Assembly (NCBI GenBank): GCA_964022095.1
Contig: CAXHZO010000002.1
Location: forward strand, 256,001-320,000
Reading direction: 5' to 3'
Length of the DNA stretch: 64,000 nt
Source of the DNA: an uncultured Arcobacteraceae bacterium
Lineage (GTDB): Bacteria > Campylobacterota > Campylobacteria > Campylobacterales > Arcobacteraceae
The position numbers were made by a program, and so were the translations under genes. Under the pieces are notes generated by a model. The model was not told where the DNA came from. It worked only from the letters and a program-made list of their open reading frames with translations, and did not search any database. Positions 30,351-39,705 of this stretch are shown in pieces. Each line of letters starts with the position of its first letter. The stretch's first letter is position 1.

Positions 30351-31145
30351 ATGGATGTTAATAGTATAAATAATAATATTAATACTCTCAATAATTCATC
30401 TTCTTTGCAAATTGATAGATCTAATCAGACTAATCAAGTTGGAAAGCAAGATAATAGCGAGCTGAACCTTACTATAAATGAGTATAATAAACAAAGAGAT
30501 GAGCTATCAATTGATGTTCAATCATTAAATGATGGTTTAGCTGTTTCAAAAATATCTCAAAATGCAATTGATAAACAAAAAGAGTACTTAACTAATATAC
30601 AAGATAAACTTTCAAATATTGAAAATTATCAAGATAAAAATGATATAAAGTCTGATATTAACGAGCAGTTAAGAAGTTTTAATCAAATTGCTTATGAAAC
30701 AAAATTTAAAGATCAAAATTTATTAGTAACAAATGAATTTGATGAAAATCCAACAGTTGAAATTAATACAACAAAAGCTAATTATACTATTGAAAAAGCC
30801 AATACTGCACAAATTGCAACGGATATTTTTGAGGCAGTTAATAATTTTGATTTAAATAAAAGTGATAATCTAAATGCAGCTGTTACAAAAGTTGAAAGTT
30901 CATACAATCAATTGCAAAATACTTACGAAGAGTTTACTGAATTAGGTAATGCATTAGAAACAAGTGCCAGAGATACTATTGCTGAACAAAGAAATTTATA
31001 TGATAGCAATGTAGCTAATAAACAAAAAGATTTTGGTAAAGAATCAAGTGATTTTAGTAAATCAAATGTTATTGCAAATGCTGGATATTTAGCTGCTTCT
31101 CAACTAAATATAGTACAAGATCAAACTGTAAGATTATTATCTTAA
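30351..31145 (+). CDS. Short flagellin-like protein
   Basis: AAGGAG SD. Flagellin-N-like segment (QSLNDGLAVSKI...IAYETKF...LL) and flagellin-C-like end (DFGKESSDFSK.NV...Q.N..Q..V.LLS). Confidence 0.75.
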   Translation: MDVNSINNNINTLNNSSSLQIDRSNQTNQVGKQDNSELNLTINEYNKQRDELSIDVQSLNDGLAVSKISQNAIDKQKEYLTNIQDKLSNIENYQDKNDIKSDINEQLRSFNQIAYETKFKDQNLLVTNEFDENPTVEINTTKANYTIEKANTAQIATDIFEAVNNFDLNKSDNLNAAVTKVESSYNQLQNTYEEFTELGNALETSARDTIAEQRNLYDSNVANKQKDFGKESSDFSKSNVIANAGYLAASQLNIVQDQTVRLLS

Positions 31146-32062
31146 TTCTTACAGTTTTCTAAGCAATAATTTATTGCAACACCTTCTCTTAATCCATCAT
31201 CTAAAACTATAGATTCTTTTTTGTTTAGAGCTTCAAATATCATTTGATATATTAAAATACCAACTTCAATAAATTCAACTCTACCTTTTCCAACTAGTTT
31301 CATAACATCTTCATTTGATGCATTTTCAAATATTTTTAAACTGTCATCAATATCATTTAAATCAACTATTGTTCCATTTACTACATCTTTATCATATGAA
31401 AAGAAATCTTGCCCTAGTTTTATTGCTGCAATTGTAGTAGGTGTTCCAGCTGTTGCTACAAAGGTAAAATCATTTAAGTCTATATTTAATGAATTTATAA
31501 AAGAGTTAATATCCTCTTTTTTCTTTTTTAGTTCATTTTTTAAATCATGAGTTTTAAGATATTTTTGAGTTAGTGTAACAATTCCAAAATCAAAACTATT
31601 TGAAATATGTTTTTTATCATCATTAATTATGATTTCAGTAGACCCTCCTCCTATATCTAATAATATAAATTTTGAAGAGTTAATTTTTTCTCTTTTTAAA
31701 GCATATTTAACAGCTAGAAGTGTTAATCTAGCCTCTTCTACTCCATCAATTATATTAAAGTTTATTCCTGTTTGGGTTTTAAAATGTTTTAATACCTCTT
31801 GTGAATTTTTGGCTTTTCTCATGGCAGCTGTTGTAACAGCAACTGCAGTTTGGGGATCAAAGTTAATCTTATCAACAGACTTTTTAACAGCATTTATAAC
31901 TCTTTGTTGAGCTTCTTTTGAAATAAGTCCTGTATCAATAAGTCCATCAGCCATTCCTACAACTTCATTATGTTCAGCAATTATAGTATGGTTTGTGCAG
32001 TTGTATTTTAGGACTCTAAAAGAGTTAGAGCCCAAATCAATACTTACAATCTCTTTTGACAT
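31142..32062 (-). CDS. ppx: Ppx/GppA family phosphatase (short form)
   Basis: IDLGSNSFR, TAAMR.A.N, IDGVEEA, DIGGGSTE, GLREG. Confidence 0.88.
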   Translation of the reverse strand: MSKEIVSIDLGSNSFRVLKYNCTNHTIIAEHNEVVGMADGLIDTGLISKEAQQRVINAVKKSVDKINFDPQTAVAVTTAAMRKAKNSQEVLKHFKTQTGINFNIIDGVEEARLTLLAVKYALKREKINSSKFILLDIGGGSTEIIINDDKKHISNSFDFGIVTLTQKYLKTHDLKNELKKKKEDINSFINSLNIDLNDFTFVATAGTPTTIAAIKLGQDFFSYDKDVVNGTIVDLNDIDDSLKIFENASNEDVMKLVGKGRVEFIEVGILIYQMIFEALNKKESIVLDDGLREGVAINYCLENCKN

Positions 32063-32063
32063 A

Positions 32064-32621
32064 TTAAAGATGCTTGATTTTCATTTTAGAGTTTAATAAA
32101 TATCCAATAACAATCATTGCTATTAAAACGAAAGTTTCAGATATGATTCCTGTTAAAAATACTAAATAAACAACCCAAAGCAAAATTGCACCAAGTGGAG
32201 TTGGTACTCCTACAAAGTATTTTTCTACTTCACCTTCACTTGAATTAATATTAAATTGAATTAATCTTCTAAGCCCAGAAATAACATAAAAAACAAATGC
32301 AAATATAATTAATGGTGTAGATAACATTAACTCTTTTGTATCAATTACTGCAAAGTAAATAAACATTGTAGGTACAATAACAAAAGATAAAAAGTCAGCA
32401 TATGAGTCTAGTTGAATTCCAAATTGTGTAGAAAGATTATATTTTCTAGCAATTTTACCATCAACAATATCAAAAGCCCCTGCAAGCCATGCAAAAAGTG
32501 CAGCTGCAAAAAAATCATTATGTGTTAAAAAATAAATAGCAAAAAGTCCAGCAGCTATATTAAAAAATGTAGCAATATTCGCTAAGTTAAAATGGTGGTT
32601 TTTGTTAAACAAAAAACTCAT
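32064..32621 (-). CDS. CDP-alcohol phosphatidyltransferase (PssA-like)
   Basis: D..DGKIAR.....FG..LDS..D signature, R..FN, F.GVPTP. Confidence 0.88.
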   Translation of the reverse strand: MSFLFNKNHHFNLANIATFFNIAAGLFAIYFLTHNDFFAAALFAWLAGAFDIVDGKIARKYNLSTQFGIQLDSYADFLSFVIVPTMFIYFAVIDTKELMLSTPLIIFAFVFYVISGLRRLIQFNINSSEGEVEKYFVGVPTPLGAILLWVVYLVFLTGIISETFVLIAMIVIGYLLNSKMKIKHL

Positions 32622-33730
32622 TAATCAGTTCCTTTAATTAAGTTATATCTATTTCTTCCAGTCTGCTTTGACTTATATAAGCATTCATCAGCTTTTTTAT
32701 AAAGTCTATTTGCAGAAATGTAGGTATTTGGTTCGTAAATTACTGCACCAATTGAAATAGAAATGATGTCTAGTATTTTACTATTTTTATGCTCAATTTT
32801 AGCCTCTAATATTTTATTATTGATATCTTTTAAACAATTTTCGACAATATTTTCATTAATATCGAATAATATTACTCCAAACTCTTCCCCACCTAATCTA
32901 AAAACAAATTCATATTGTCTATCAAAATAATTTCTTAATATATTAGATACTTCAATTAAGGCTTCATCACCTTTATCATGGCCATATGTGTCATTGTATT
33001 GTTTGAAATAATCAATATCAATCATAATAAAAGCACAATCCCAGTTATTTGCATTTGATATAAATGGCATATTATCGAAAATATTATCAAAGTATTTTCT
33101 ATTATATAGTTTTGTTAGACCATCAGTAATTGAATCAATTTTGTATTGTTTATTTAGTATTCTTAGCTGATTGTCTTTTTTTATTACTTGGAATATTATA
33201 AAAGCAATTAGTGCAAAGGCTAAAATTAAAATAAATACAATACTATAAAATAAAAAGTCTTTCATTTGTTTATAATCATTTATAAACTCTTTTCTTTGTT
33301 TAAATGCAACCTTTGTTTCATAATCAACTAAAAACTCGATTTTCTTTTTCATATTTTTAAATTTATATAATTTATTTGCTTTAAAAGCATCAACTAATTC
33401 ATCATTAATAGCTTCTACAACAATTTTTTCATCATCTGTTTTATAAGTATTAAAATAGTATTCCCATTCTTGTTGTATAGCTTCTTGTTCTTTTTTGAAA
33501 TCACATATATATTTCATTGTACGACAAGATATAATTTTTTGATAATTTTCAGAAATAATTCTCAGTTTAACTATTGGAATAAAATTTCCAAAGTATAAAT
33601 TATCTATTTGATTTTTAAGTTTATCTATTTGGTTATTAAAAAGTAAAGTAGAGCTTATAAGCGACAAAACAACAACTAGTACAAGTATTATAAGTTTAAA
33701 TGTTGTTGATTTTAATATCCTGTTTTTCAT
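32621..33730 (-). CDS. Membrane-bound diguanylate cyclase with four-helix periplasmic sensor
   Basis: Two TM segments flanking a 4HB-like domain; DGLTKLYNR, DIDYFK.YND.YGH, RLGGEEF. Confidence 0.9.
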   Translation of the reverse strand: MKNRILKSTTFKLIILVLVVVLSLISSTLLFNNQIDKLKNQIDNLYFGNFIPIVKLRIISENYQKIISCRTMKYICDFKKEQEAIQQEWEYYFNTYKTDDEKIVVEAINDELVDAFKANKLYKFKNMKKKIEFLVDYETKVAFKQRKEFINDYKQMKDFLFYSIVFILILAFALIAFIIFQVIKKDNQLRILNKQYKIDSITDGLTKLYNRKYFDNIFDNMPFISNANNWDCAFIMIDIDYFKQYNDTYGHDKGDEALIEVSNILRNYFDRQYEFVFRLGGEEFGVILFDINENIVENCLKDINNKILEAKIEHKNSKILDIISISIGAVIYEPNTYISANRLYKKADECLYKSKQTGRNRYNLIKGTD

Positions 33731-33857
33731 TATTATATTTTAACTAAAATAGATGAAAAATAGATAAAATAACGACTTTGATTTATGTAAAAAAAAATGA
33801 TATAATAAATAAAATAACGATAATCATAAGTTAATAATATAAATAAAGGATTTAGTT

Positions 33858-34097
33858 ATGACAATTGATAATAATTTAGCAGCAATGGTTTCTTCTCAAA
33901 TGCAAGTTAGTCAAATGGCTTCAAATATAGCACAAGTTTCAAATGCTATTGGAGATCCTGAGTTTCAAGAAGTTACTGCAGATTTAATAGACTCAATAGT
34001 TGGTCAAATTCCTGAGGTAATATCTTATGAAGCAAATGCAAAAGGAATCCAAACACAAAATGCTGTTGCAGATACCTTATTAGATTTAAAGGCTTAA
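33858..34097 (+). CDS. Small protein with flagellar basal-body rod/hook C-terminal-like helix
   Basis: AAGGA SD, extended -10 TGATATAAT at 33798-33806; C-terminus SYEANAKGIQTQNAVADTLLDLKA resembles Flg_bbr_C. Confidence 0.7.
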   Translation: MTIDNNLAAMVSSQMQVSQMASNIAQVSNAIGDPEFQEVTADLIDSIVGQIPEVISYEANAKGIQTQNAVADTLLDLKA

Positions 34098-34099
34098 TA

Positions 34100-34531
34100 A
34101 TGTCAAAAATAAATGTAGTATGTCCCCACTGTAAAAAAGTTAATTCAATACCAAAAAAAGATAGTTATTCAAAAGCTAATTGTGGTGAGTGTAAAAACTC
34201 ATTATTAGATACTACTCCAATAGAAGTAGATGAATCAAATTTTGATCATATAGTTGTAAATTCAGATATTCCAGTAGTTGTAGATTTTTGGGCACCTTGG
34301 TGTGGTCCTTGTAAAACTATGGCACCTATTTTTAATGATGTCTCACAAAAGTTTCCATTAAAAGCTTTATTTATAAAAGTTAATACAGAAGTTCATCAAA
34401 GTTTAGGTTCAAAATTTGGTATTAGATCAATTCCTACAATAATAGTTTATAAAAATGGAATAGAGAAAAAAAGAGTATCTGGAGCTTTAGATCCTCTTAG
34501 ATTAATAAACCTAGTAAATGAATGTTTATAA
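34100..34531 (+). CDS. trxC: Thioredoxin 2 (Zn-binding N-terminus)
   Basis: CPHC...CGEC zinc motif and VDFWAPWCGPC. Confidence 0.93.
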   Translation: MSKINVVCPHCKKVNSIPKKDSYSKANCGECKNSLLDTTPIEVDESNFDHIVVNSDIPVVVDFWAPWCGPCKTMAPIFNDVSQKFPLKALFIKVNTEVHQSLGSKFGIRSIPTIIVYKNGIEKKRVSGALDPLRLINLVNECL

Positions 34532-34534
34532 GAA

Positions 34535-35029
34535 CTATTTATTTGTTCTTATAAACTTATTTAACTCTTTTAGTTGATTTTCATTGAAAGTTTCTATTCC
34601 ATTTTCATTTAATAATCTTGCAGTCATACCTTGCGAATCAATTAATGTTTCACTAAATGTTCCATCATAAGTTTGAATATTTCCACATGATGGTGAATTT
34701 GCTTTTAGAAGTGCCACTTTTATATTCTCTTCTTTGCATAAATCTAAAGCATTTTTTGCTCCAATTAAAAAATTAACCGTAACATCTTCTCCATCTTTAT
34801 TTTGAATTTTAAATGGTTTTTCATGACTTGTTATTTCTGCTGGAAGTCTTGGAGTTCCTAATCCACCAGATACTTCAGGACAAAATGAGTAAATTTCATT
34901 ATCACATAAAATATCCATAAACAGCTCTTTTGTACTGAATTTAAAACTAGGGTTATATGCAATTGATGAGTTATCCCCATCATATCTAACATCTTCACCT
35001 AATAAACAAGAAGATACTAAAATTTTCAT
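34535..35029 (-). CDS. DUF523 / TudS-like thiouracil desulfurase family protein
   Basis: VSSCLLG..VRYDG, FCPEV.GGLGTPR, LKANSPSCG (three conserved Cys). Confidence 0.88.
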   Translation of the reverse strand: MKILVSSCLLGEDVRYDGDNSSIAYNPSFKFSTKELFMDILCDNEIYSFCPEVSGGLGTPRLPAEITSHEKPFKIQNKDGEDVTVNFLIGAKNALDLCKEENIKVALLKANSPSCGNIQTYDGTFSETLIDSQGMTARLLNENGIETFNENQLKELNKFIRTNK

Positions 35030-35032
35030 ATA

Positions 35033-35797
35033 TTAATCTTCTTTCCTATCTAAATAATCATTATTAAAAAAAGTAGATGGTTGCATATTTGAAAATGCTG
35101 CTTTCATTGAAACAAATATTTTCGGATTATCTTCTTCAAGTTTTGCTAACAACTCTTTTGTAGATTGTCTTGCATGGGGCATTTTAATATCAAATCTTAA
35201 ACCTGGACAAGCTTCATCTCCAATTACTCTAATTTCATTTGCATCAGCAAATGCTCTTAATTGTCTCTCTCTACATTGAATTAATGGTCTAATAACTTCT
35301 AAACCGTTTTCTGCTTTATAAATTGGAGGCATTGATCTCATAGTTCCATTATAAAAGAAATTCATAAAAAATGATTCCATAGCATCATCTAAGTGATGTC
35401 CAAGGGCAAGTTTATTATAACCTTGCTCTAATGCAGTTGTATATAAGTACCCTCTTCTCATTCTTGAGAAAAATGAACAAAAAGATGAGTTTTTTCTGAT
35501 TTTTTCACCAGCTAGATCAAAGATTTGAGTATCTACTATTTCATGCTCAATTCCATATTCTTTACAGTGATTAGCTAAAAATTCAATTTGCTCACCCATT
35601 CCATAAGTTACTGTAACTGCTTTAAATTCAAAGTCAAATGGAGCAACTCTTTTTAAGTGATTTAATGAATGTAATAAAGTTAAAGAGTCTTTTCCTCCAG
35701 AAAATCCAACTAATACTCTATCACCTTCTTTTATAAGTGAATAGTGTGCATTTGTTTTTCCAACTAGTTTTGATATTTTTTTACTAAGTTCAACCAA
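35033..35797 (-). CDS. ttcA: TtcA-family tRNA 2-thiocytidine biosynthesis protein (PP-loop ATPase)
   Basis: SGGKDS PP-loop, CSFFSRMRRG, ALGHHLDD, VIRPL. Confidence 0.82.
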   Translation of the reverse strand: MVELSKKISKLVGKTNAHYSLIKEGDRVLVGFSGGKDSLTLLHSLNHLKRVAPFDFEFKAVTVTYGMGEQIEFLANHCKEYGIEHEIVDTQIFDLAGEKIRKNSSFCSFFSRMRRGYLYTTALEQGYNKLALGHHLDDAMESFFMNFFYNGTMRSMPPIYKAENGLEVIRPLIQCRERQLRAFADANEIRVIGDEACPGLRFDIKMPHARQSTKELLAKLEEDNPKIFVSMKAAFSNMQPSTFFNNDYLDRKED

Positions 35798-35860
35798 AAT
35801 TTTGTTCCTATTATAGTTTTTGCGGATTATAACAAAAAAGTTCTCAAAACTAAATTTACA

Positions 35861-36280
35861 TTAATCTATTTTAAAACAAAAGTGATGAGATTCAATTTTA
35901 AAATCTTCAGATAAGTAAAATTTATGAGCTTCATGTCTATCAATTACTGAGTCAAGATGTATTGATGCACATTTTTGTTGTTTAGCGTATATTTTTATGA
36001 AATCTAATAGTGCTTTTGCAGCAATTGATGCTTTTTGTGTTTTGTTAGTTACAAAGTCTTCAATCTTAATGTGTTTTCCCCTTGACAAAGTTGTAGTTAT
36101 AGTAAAACCAGATACGCATAAAATTTGTGTATCTTCAATTACATATGCAACTTTATAACCATTTTTTAATTGCTCAGCTACAGTATTTAGAAAATCATCT
36201 TTTGGCATATCTTCACGAATTTGATGTAAAACAGTATAACAAGATTTAATTTCTTCTTCTGATGCAATTTTAATTTCCAA
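35861..36280 (-). CDS. GNAT family N-acetyltransferase
   Basis: IEDFVT, LLDFIK..A....C..IHLDS...R..AHKFY pattern; acetyl-CoA motif RxxGxG degenerate (QKASIA). Confidence 0.8.
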   Translation of the reverse strand: MEIKIASEEEIKSCYTVLHQIREDMPKDDFLNTVAEQLKNGYKVAYVIEDTQILCVSGFTITTTLSRGKHIKIEDFVTNKTQKASIAAKALLDFIKIYAKQQKCASIHLDSVIDRHEAHKFYLSEDFKIESHHFCFKID

Positions 36281-36422
36281 AAATAATCCTTTTCATATAT
36301 ATTCTTATGATAACAAAATTATTTTTTAAATTAACAAAAAAAATGGAAAATAATCAAAAATTTACTAAATTTTTAACTATTTTGTATATAATTTCAATAA
36401 AAATAATTAGGGAAAAAATTTT

Positions 36423-36620
36423 ATGACATTAGAGGAAGAAAAAGAGTTTAAAAATAAAATAATTGAGACAATTATTCCCATAGCAATTAACATGACTGAA
36501 GATCAAATTAAAAATATCATAAATATTGTTGAATCAGAAAATAGTGAAATTCCTGATGGATTTGGTGCAATGTTATTTGAACAAATAATGCTTGAAAAAT
36601 ATAAAAATAATAAATTATAA
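36423..36620 (+). CDS. Small hypothetical protein
   Basis: 65-aa ORF with AGGGA SD and an upstream TGTATATAAT -10 region. Confidence 0.65.
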   Translation: MTLEEEKEFKNKIIETIIPIAINMTEDQIKNIINIVESENSEIPDGFGAMLFEQIMLEKYKNNKL

Positions 36621-36700
36621 AATTTCTTTTCTATACTACTTTAACTAATCTTTTTTAATTTTTAGATACCATTTCATAGATTTAAGAATAAGGATAAAAA

Positions 36701-37921
36701 TTGAGAAACTTTATAAGTTATGATGAATCTTTAAAAATATTACAAAATATTAAACTAACAAAAAATACTACAGAAAAACTTTTTATAACAAATGCCATTG
36801 GAAGAGTAATTGCAAAAGATGTAGTTGCTGATCATAATAGTCCAGAGTTCCCAACTTCGGGTATGGATGGATATGCTTTTAAATATGAAGATATTAAAAA
36901 TGAATCTTTAGAAATTATTGATAAAAATCCTGCAGGAACTGTTGTTGAATCAAGTGTTACTAACGGAGTTTGTATAAAAACTTTTACAGGATCACTTATG
37001 CCTAAAGGTAGTGATACTTTAGTTCCAATTGAAAATGTTGAAGTTATTGATAATAAAATAAAAATTACAAAAGAAGTAAAAAAAGGTTTTGCAATTAGAG
37101 CCATTGGTGAAAATTATGCAAAAGATGAAGTACTAATTAAAGCTGGAACTGTAATTGGCTTTGCAGAGGTTGGTGTACTAGCATCACTAAATATTTCACA
37201 AATTGAAGTTATTGTTAATCCTACTGTTGCAATTGCTAGTACGGGAAGTGAAGTTTTAGATTTAGGTGAAACTCAAACAAATGACTCACAAATTAGAAGT
37301 TCAAATCACTTAACATTAGAGGCTTTATGTAAATCTAATGGAGCTAATACTATACAAATGGGTATTGTAAAAGATGATATTGGTTCTATTACAAATTTAT
37401 TTGAAACAGCTCTTAGTAAATCAGATATTGTTATTACAACAGGTGGAGTTAGTGTTGGTGATTATGATTTTGTTCAAGATGTAATAAAAGATAGATTAAA
37501 AGCTGATGTGTTATTTCATGGGGTTACAATAAAACCAGGTATGCATTTGCTAGCAGCCATTAAAGATGGAAAGATTATTATTGCCCTACCTGGTTTTGCA
37601 TACTCTTCAACTGTTTGTGCAATTTTATATGTCTTACCATTAATTTATAGATTTAGAAATTCAAATGAATCATTGCCAATAGTTAAAGCGGTGATTGAGA
37701 AAGATTATCCAAAATTTATGCCAAAAACAATCTTTACCGCTTGTAATGTAGAGTATAAAAATGATCAATATTATATAAACTTTGATGGAAAGAAAAAAGG
37801 TACAAGTGCAATACTTACAAATATGCTTGAGAGCCCTGCTTTACTAATTCAAAAAGAAGATAGTAAAGATATAAAAGCTGGAGATTTAGTAGATATTCTT
37901 CTTTTAAATAGTATAAAATAG
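36701..37921 (+). CDS. moeA: Molybdopterin molybdotransferase
   Basis: SGMDGYA, TGS.MP.G.D, STGSE, ITTGGVSVGDYD, IKPG, ALPG. Confidence 0.95.
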   Translation: MRNFISYDESLKILQNIKLTKNTTEKLFITNAIGRVIAKDVVADHNSPEFPTSGMDGYAFKYEDIKNESLEIIDKNPAGTVVESSVTNGVCIKTFTGSLMPKGSDTLVPIENVEVIDNKIKITKEVKKGFAIRAIGENYAKDEVLIKAGTVIGFAEVGVLASLNISQIEVIVNPTVAIASTGSEVLDLGETQTNDSQIRSSNHLTLEALCKSNGANTIQMGIVKDDIGSITNLFETALSKSDIVITTGGVSVGDYDFVQDVIKDRLKADVLFHGVTIKPGMHLLAAIKDGKIIIALPGFAYSSTVCAILYVLPLIYRFRNSNESLPIVKAVIEKDYPKFMPKTIFTACNVEYKNDQYYINFDGKKKGTSAILTNMLESPALLIQKEDSKDIKAGDLVDILLLNSIK

Positions 37922-38815
37922 ATGAATAAAAATCTATTTTATATTCTTATGGTTTTTGCCATGGTGTTCTGGGGAGCATCATGGGTAAATGTAAAAGTTT
38001 TATCAAACTATATAAACGAATATGAATTAGTATTTTTTAGAATGGGAATTTCTTTAATTAGTATGATTCCTATAATATATTATTTAAAACTCTCTTTTAA
38101 AATTGATTATAAAGCTTTGTTTTCCATAATTTTAGCTTCAATTGTTTTAGTGTTATACTCAATATTCTTCTTTTTGGGTGTAGATCATGGTACTGCTGGT
38201 TTTGGTGGGGCTTTAGTAACTACTTTAATTCCAATAAATACTTTTATCATACTTGCTGTAATGAATAAAAAAACTATTAGCTTAAAACATTCATTTGCTT
38301 TAATATTAGGTGGGTTTGGTGTTTTAACTATGCTTAATATTTGGCAATTTGATTTAAATGAAATATTTTCAAAAGAGAATATATACTTCATAATAGCTTC
38401 TATTTTATGGCCAATACTAACTATAATTAGCTCAAAAGTAGTAAAACTAAACCCTCTTATTCTTACATTTTATGTATATTTATTATCTACAATATTTATA
38501 TATATTTTCTTTATAGACTCAACACTTGAACAAAAAATGCAAAGTTTTGATTATCTATTTTATATTAACATATTTGTTATATCAATATTAGCAACAACTT
38601 ATGCAACATCAGTTTATTTTATAGGAATACAAAAACTAGGAGCAAATGAAGTAAGTACTTTTATATTTTTAGTTCCGACCAGTGCTTTAATCTTAAGTGC
38701 AGTGTTTTTAGATGAGAAAATTACATTTAATGTTTTATTAGGAACTATTTGTACAATAACAGCAATTTATATTCTAAATAACCTAAGTATTTTTAGGTTA
38801 TTTAAAAAAGATTAG
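37922..38815 (+). CDS. DMT/EamA family transporter
   Basis: About 10 TM segments, FWG.SW start, two EamA repeats, L.P....LS..FL.E. Confidence 0.88.
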   Translation: MNKNLFYILMVFAMVFWGASWVNVKVLSNYINEYELVFFRMGISLISMIPIIYYLKLSFKIDYKALFSIILASIVLVLYSIFFFLGVDHGTAGFGGALVTTLIPINTFIILAVMNKKTISLKHSFALILGGFGVLTMLNIWQFDLNEIFSKENIYFIIASILWPILTIISSKVVKLNPLILTFYVYLLSTIFIYIFFIDSTLEQKMQSFDYLFYINIFVISILATTYATSVYFIGIQKLGANEVSTFIFLVPTSALILSAVFLDEKITFNVLLGTICTITAIYILNNLSIFRLFKKD

Positions 38816-39705
38816 TTAAAAGTATTACAAGCTTTTAAATCACCTGTTTGGAAACCTTTTTTAAACCAATCCATTCTTTGAGCTGAACTTCCATGAGTAA
38901 ATGCATCAGGAACAACATATCCTTGAGCTTTTTTCTGTAAGGTATCATCTCCAATAGCACTTGCTGCATTTAAAGCTTCTTGAATATCACCTTGTTCTAT
39001 TGAGTTAAAGTCTTTTTTTGAATAGTAAGCCCAAAGTCCTGCATAACAATCAGCTTGAAGTTCAACTTTTACTTGTAAAGCATTATCTTGAGTATCTGAT
39101 AATGATTTTTTTGCTTTTTGTACTTTATTAATAGTTCCAACTAAATTTTGTACATGATGCCCTATTTCATGAGCAATTACATAAGCTTGTGCAAAATCTC
39201 CTGGAGCATCATGTCTTTTTGCAAGTTCATCAAAAAATGATAAATCTAAATAAACTTTTTGATCAGCTGGACAATAAAATGGTCCAGTTTGTGAAGACGC
39301 AAAGCCACATCCACTTTTCACAGAATTTCTAAATAAAACTAATTTTGGTTCTGAATATTTTGAACCATATTGAGCAAAAACTTTTGTCCAAATATCTTCA
39401 GTTTGGGCTAATACAGCACTTACAAATTGTGCATTCTTATCATCAACTTCTTGATTTACAACTTGATTAGAACTAGTAGATGAAGTTCCACCCATATTTA
39501 ATAAAGCAAGGGGATTAAATCCCATGAAATATGCAACTACACCAACAACTAAAACTATTCTTCCTATTTTAGTTCCAATTAGCATTTTTACTACTGGAAG
39601 AAGTAAGGCCATAGAATTTCCACCTCTTCCTTCCCCTAGATTTACTCCTGATTGACTTCTTTTATCTTCTACATTAGAACTTCGTCTATTGTTTTCCCAC
39701 TTCAT
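38812..39705 (-). CDS. Neutral zinc metallopeptidase (YpfJ-like)
   Basis: RRSSNVED.R, GPFYCPAD, AYVIAHEIGHHVQ, ELQADC.AG, FTHGSS.QR. Confidence 0.92.
   Translation of the reverse strand: MKWENNRRSSNVEDKRSQSGVNLGEGRGGNSMALLLPVVKMLIGTKIGRIVLVVGVVAYFMGFNPLALLNMGGTSSTSSNQVVNQEVDDKNAQFVSAVLAQTEDIWTKVFAQYGSKYSEPKLVLFRNSVKSGCGFASSQTGPFYCPADQKVYLDLSFFDELAKRHDAPGDFAQAYVIAHEIGHHVQNLVGTINKVQKAKKSLSDTQDNALQVKVELQADCYAGLWAYYSKKDFNSIEQGDIQEALNAASAIGDDTLQKKAQGYVVPDAFTHGSSAQRMDWFKKGFQTGDLKACNTFN

Noticed and set aside
33818-33823. CGATAA as a sigma28 -10 element for the flagellar-like mini gene
   Set aside because: An extended sigma70 -10 (TGATATAAT, 33798-33806) explains transcription, and the hexamer alone is weak evidence.
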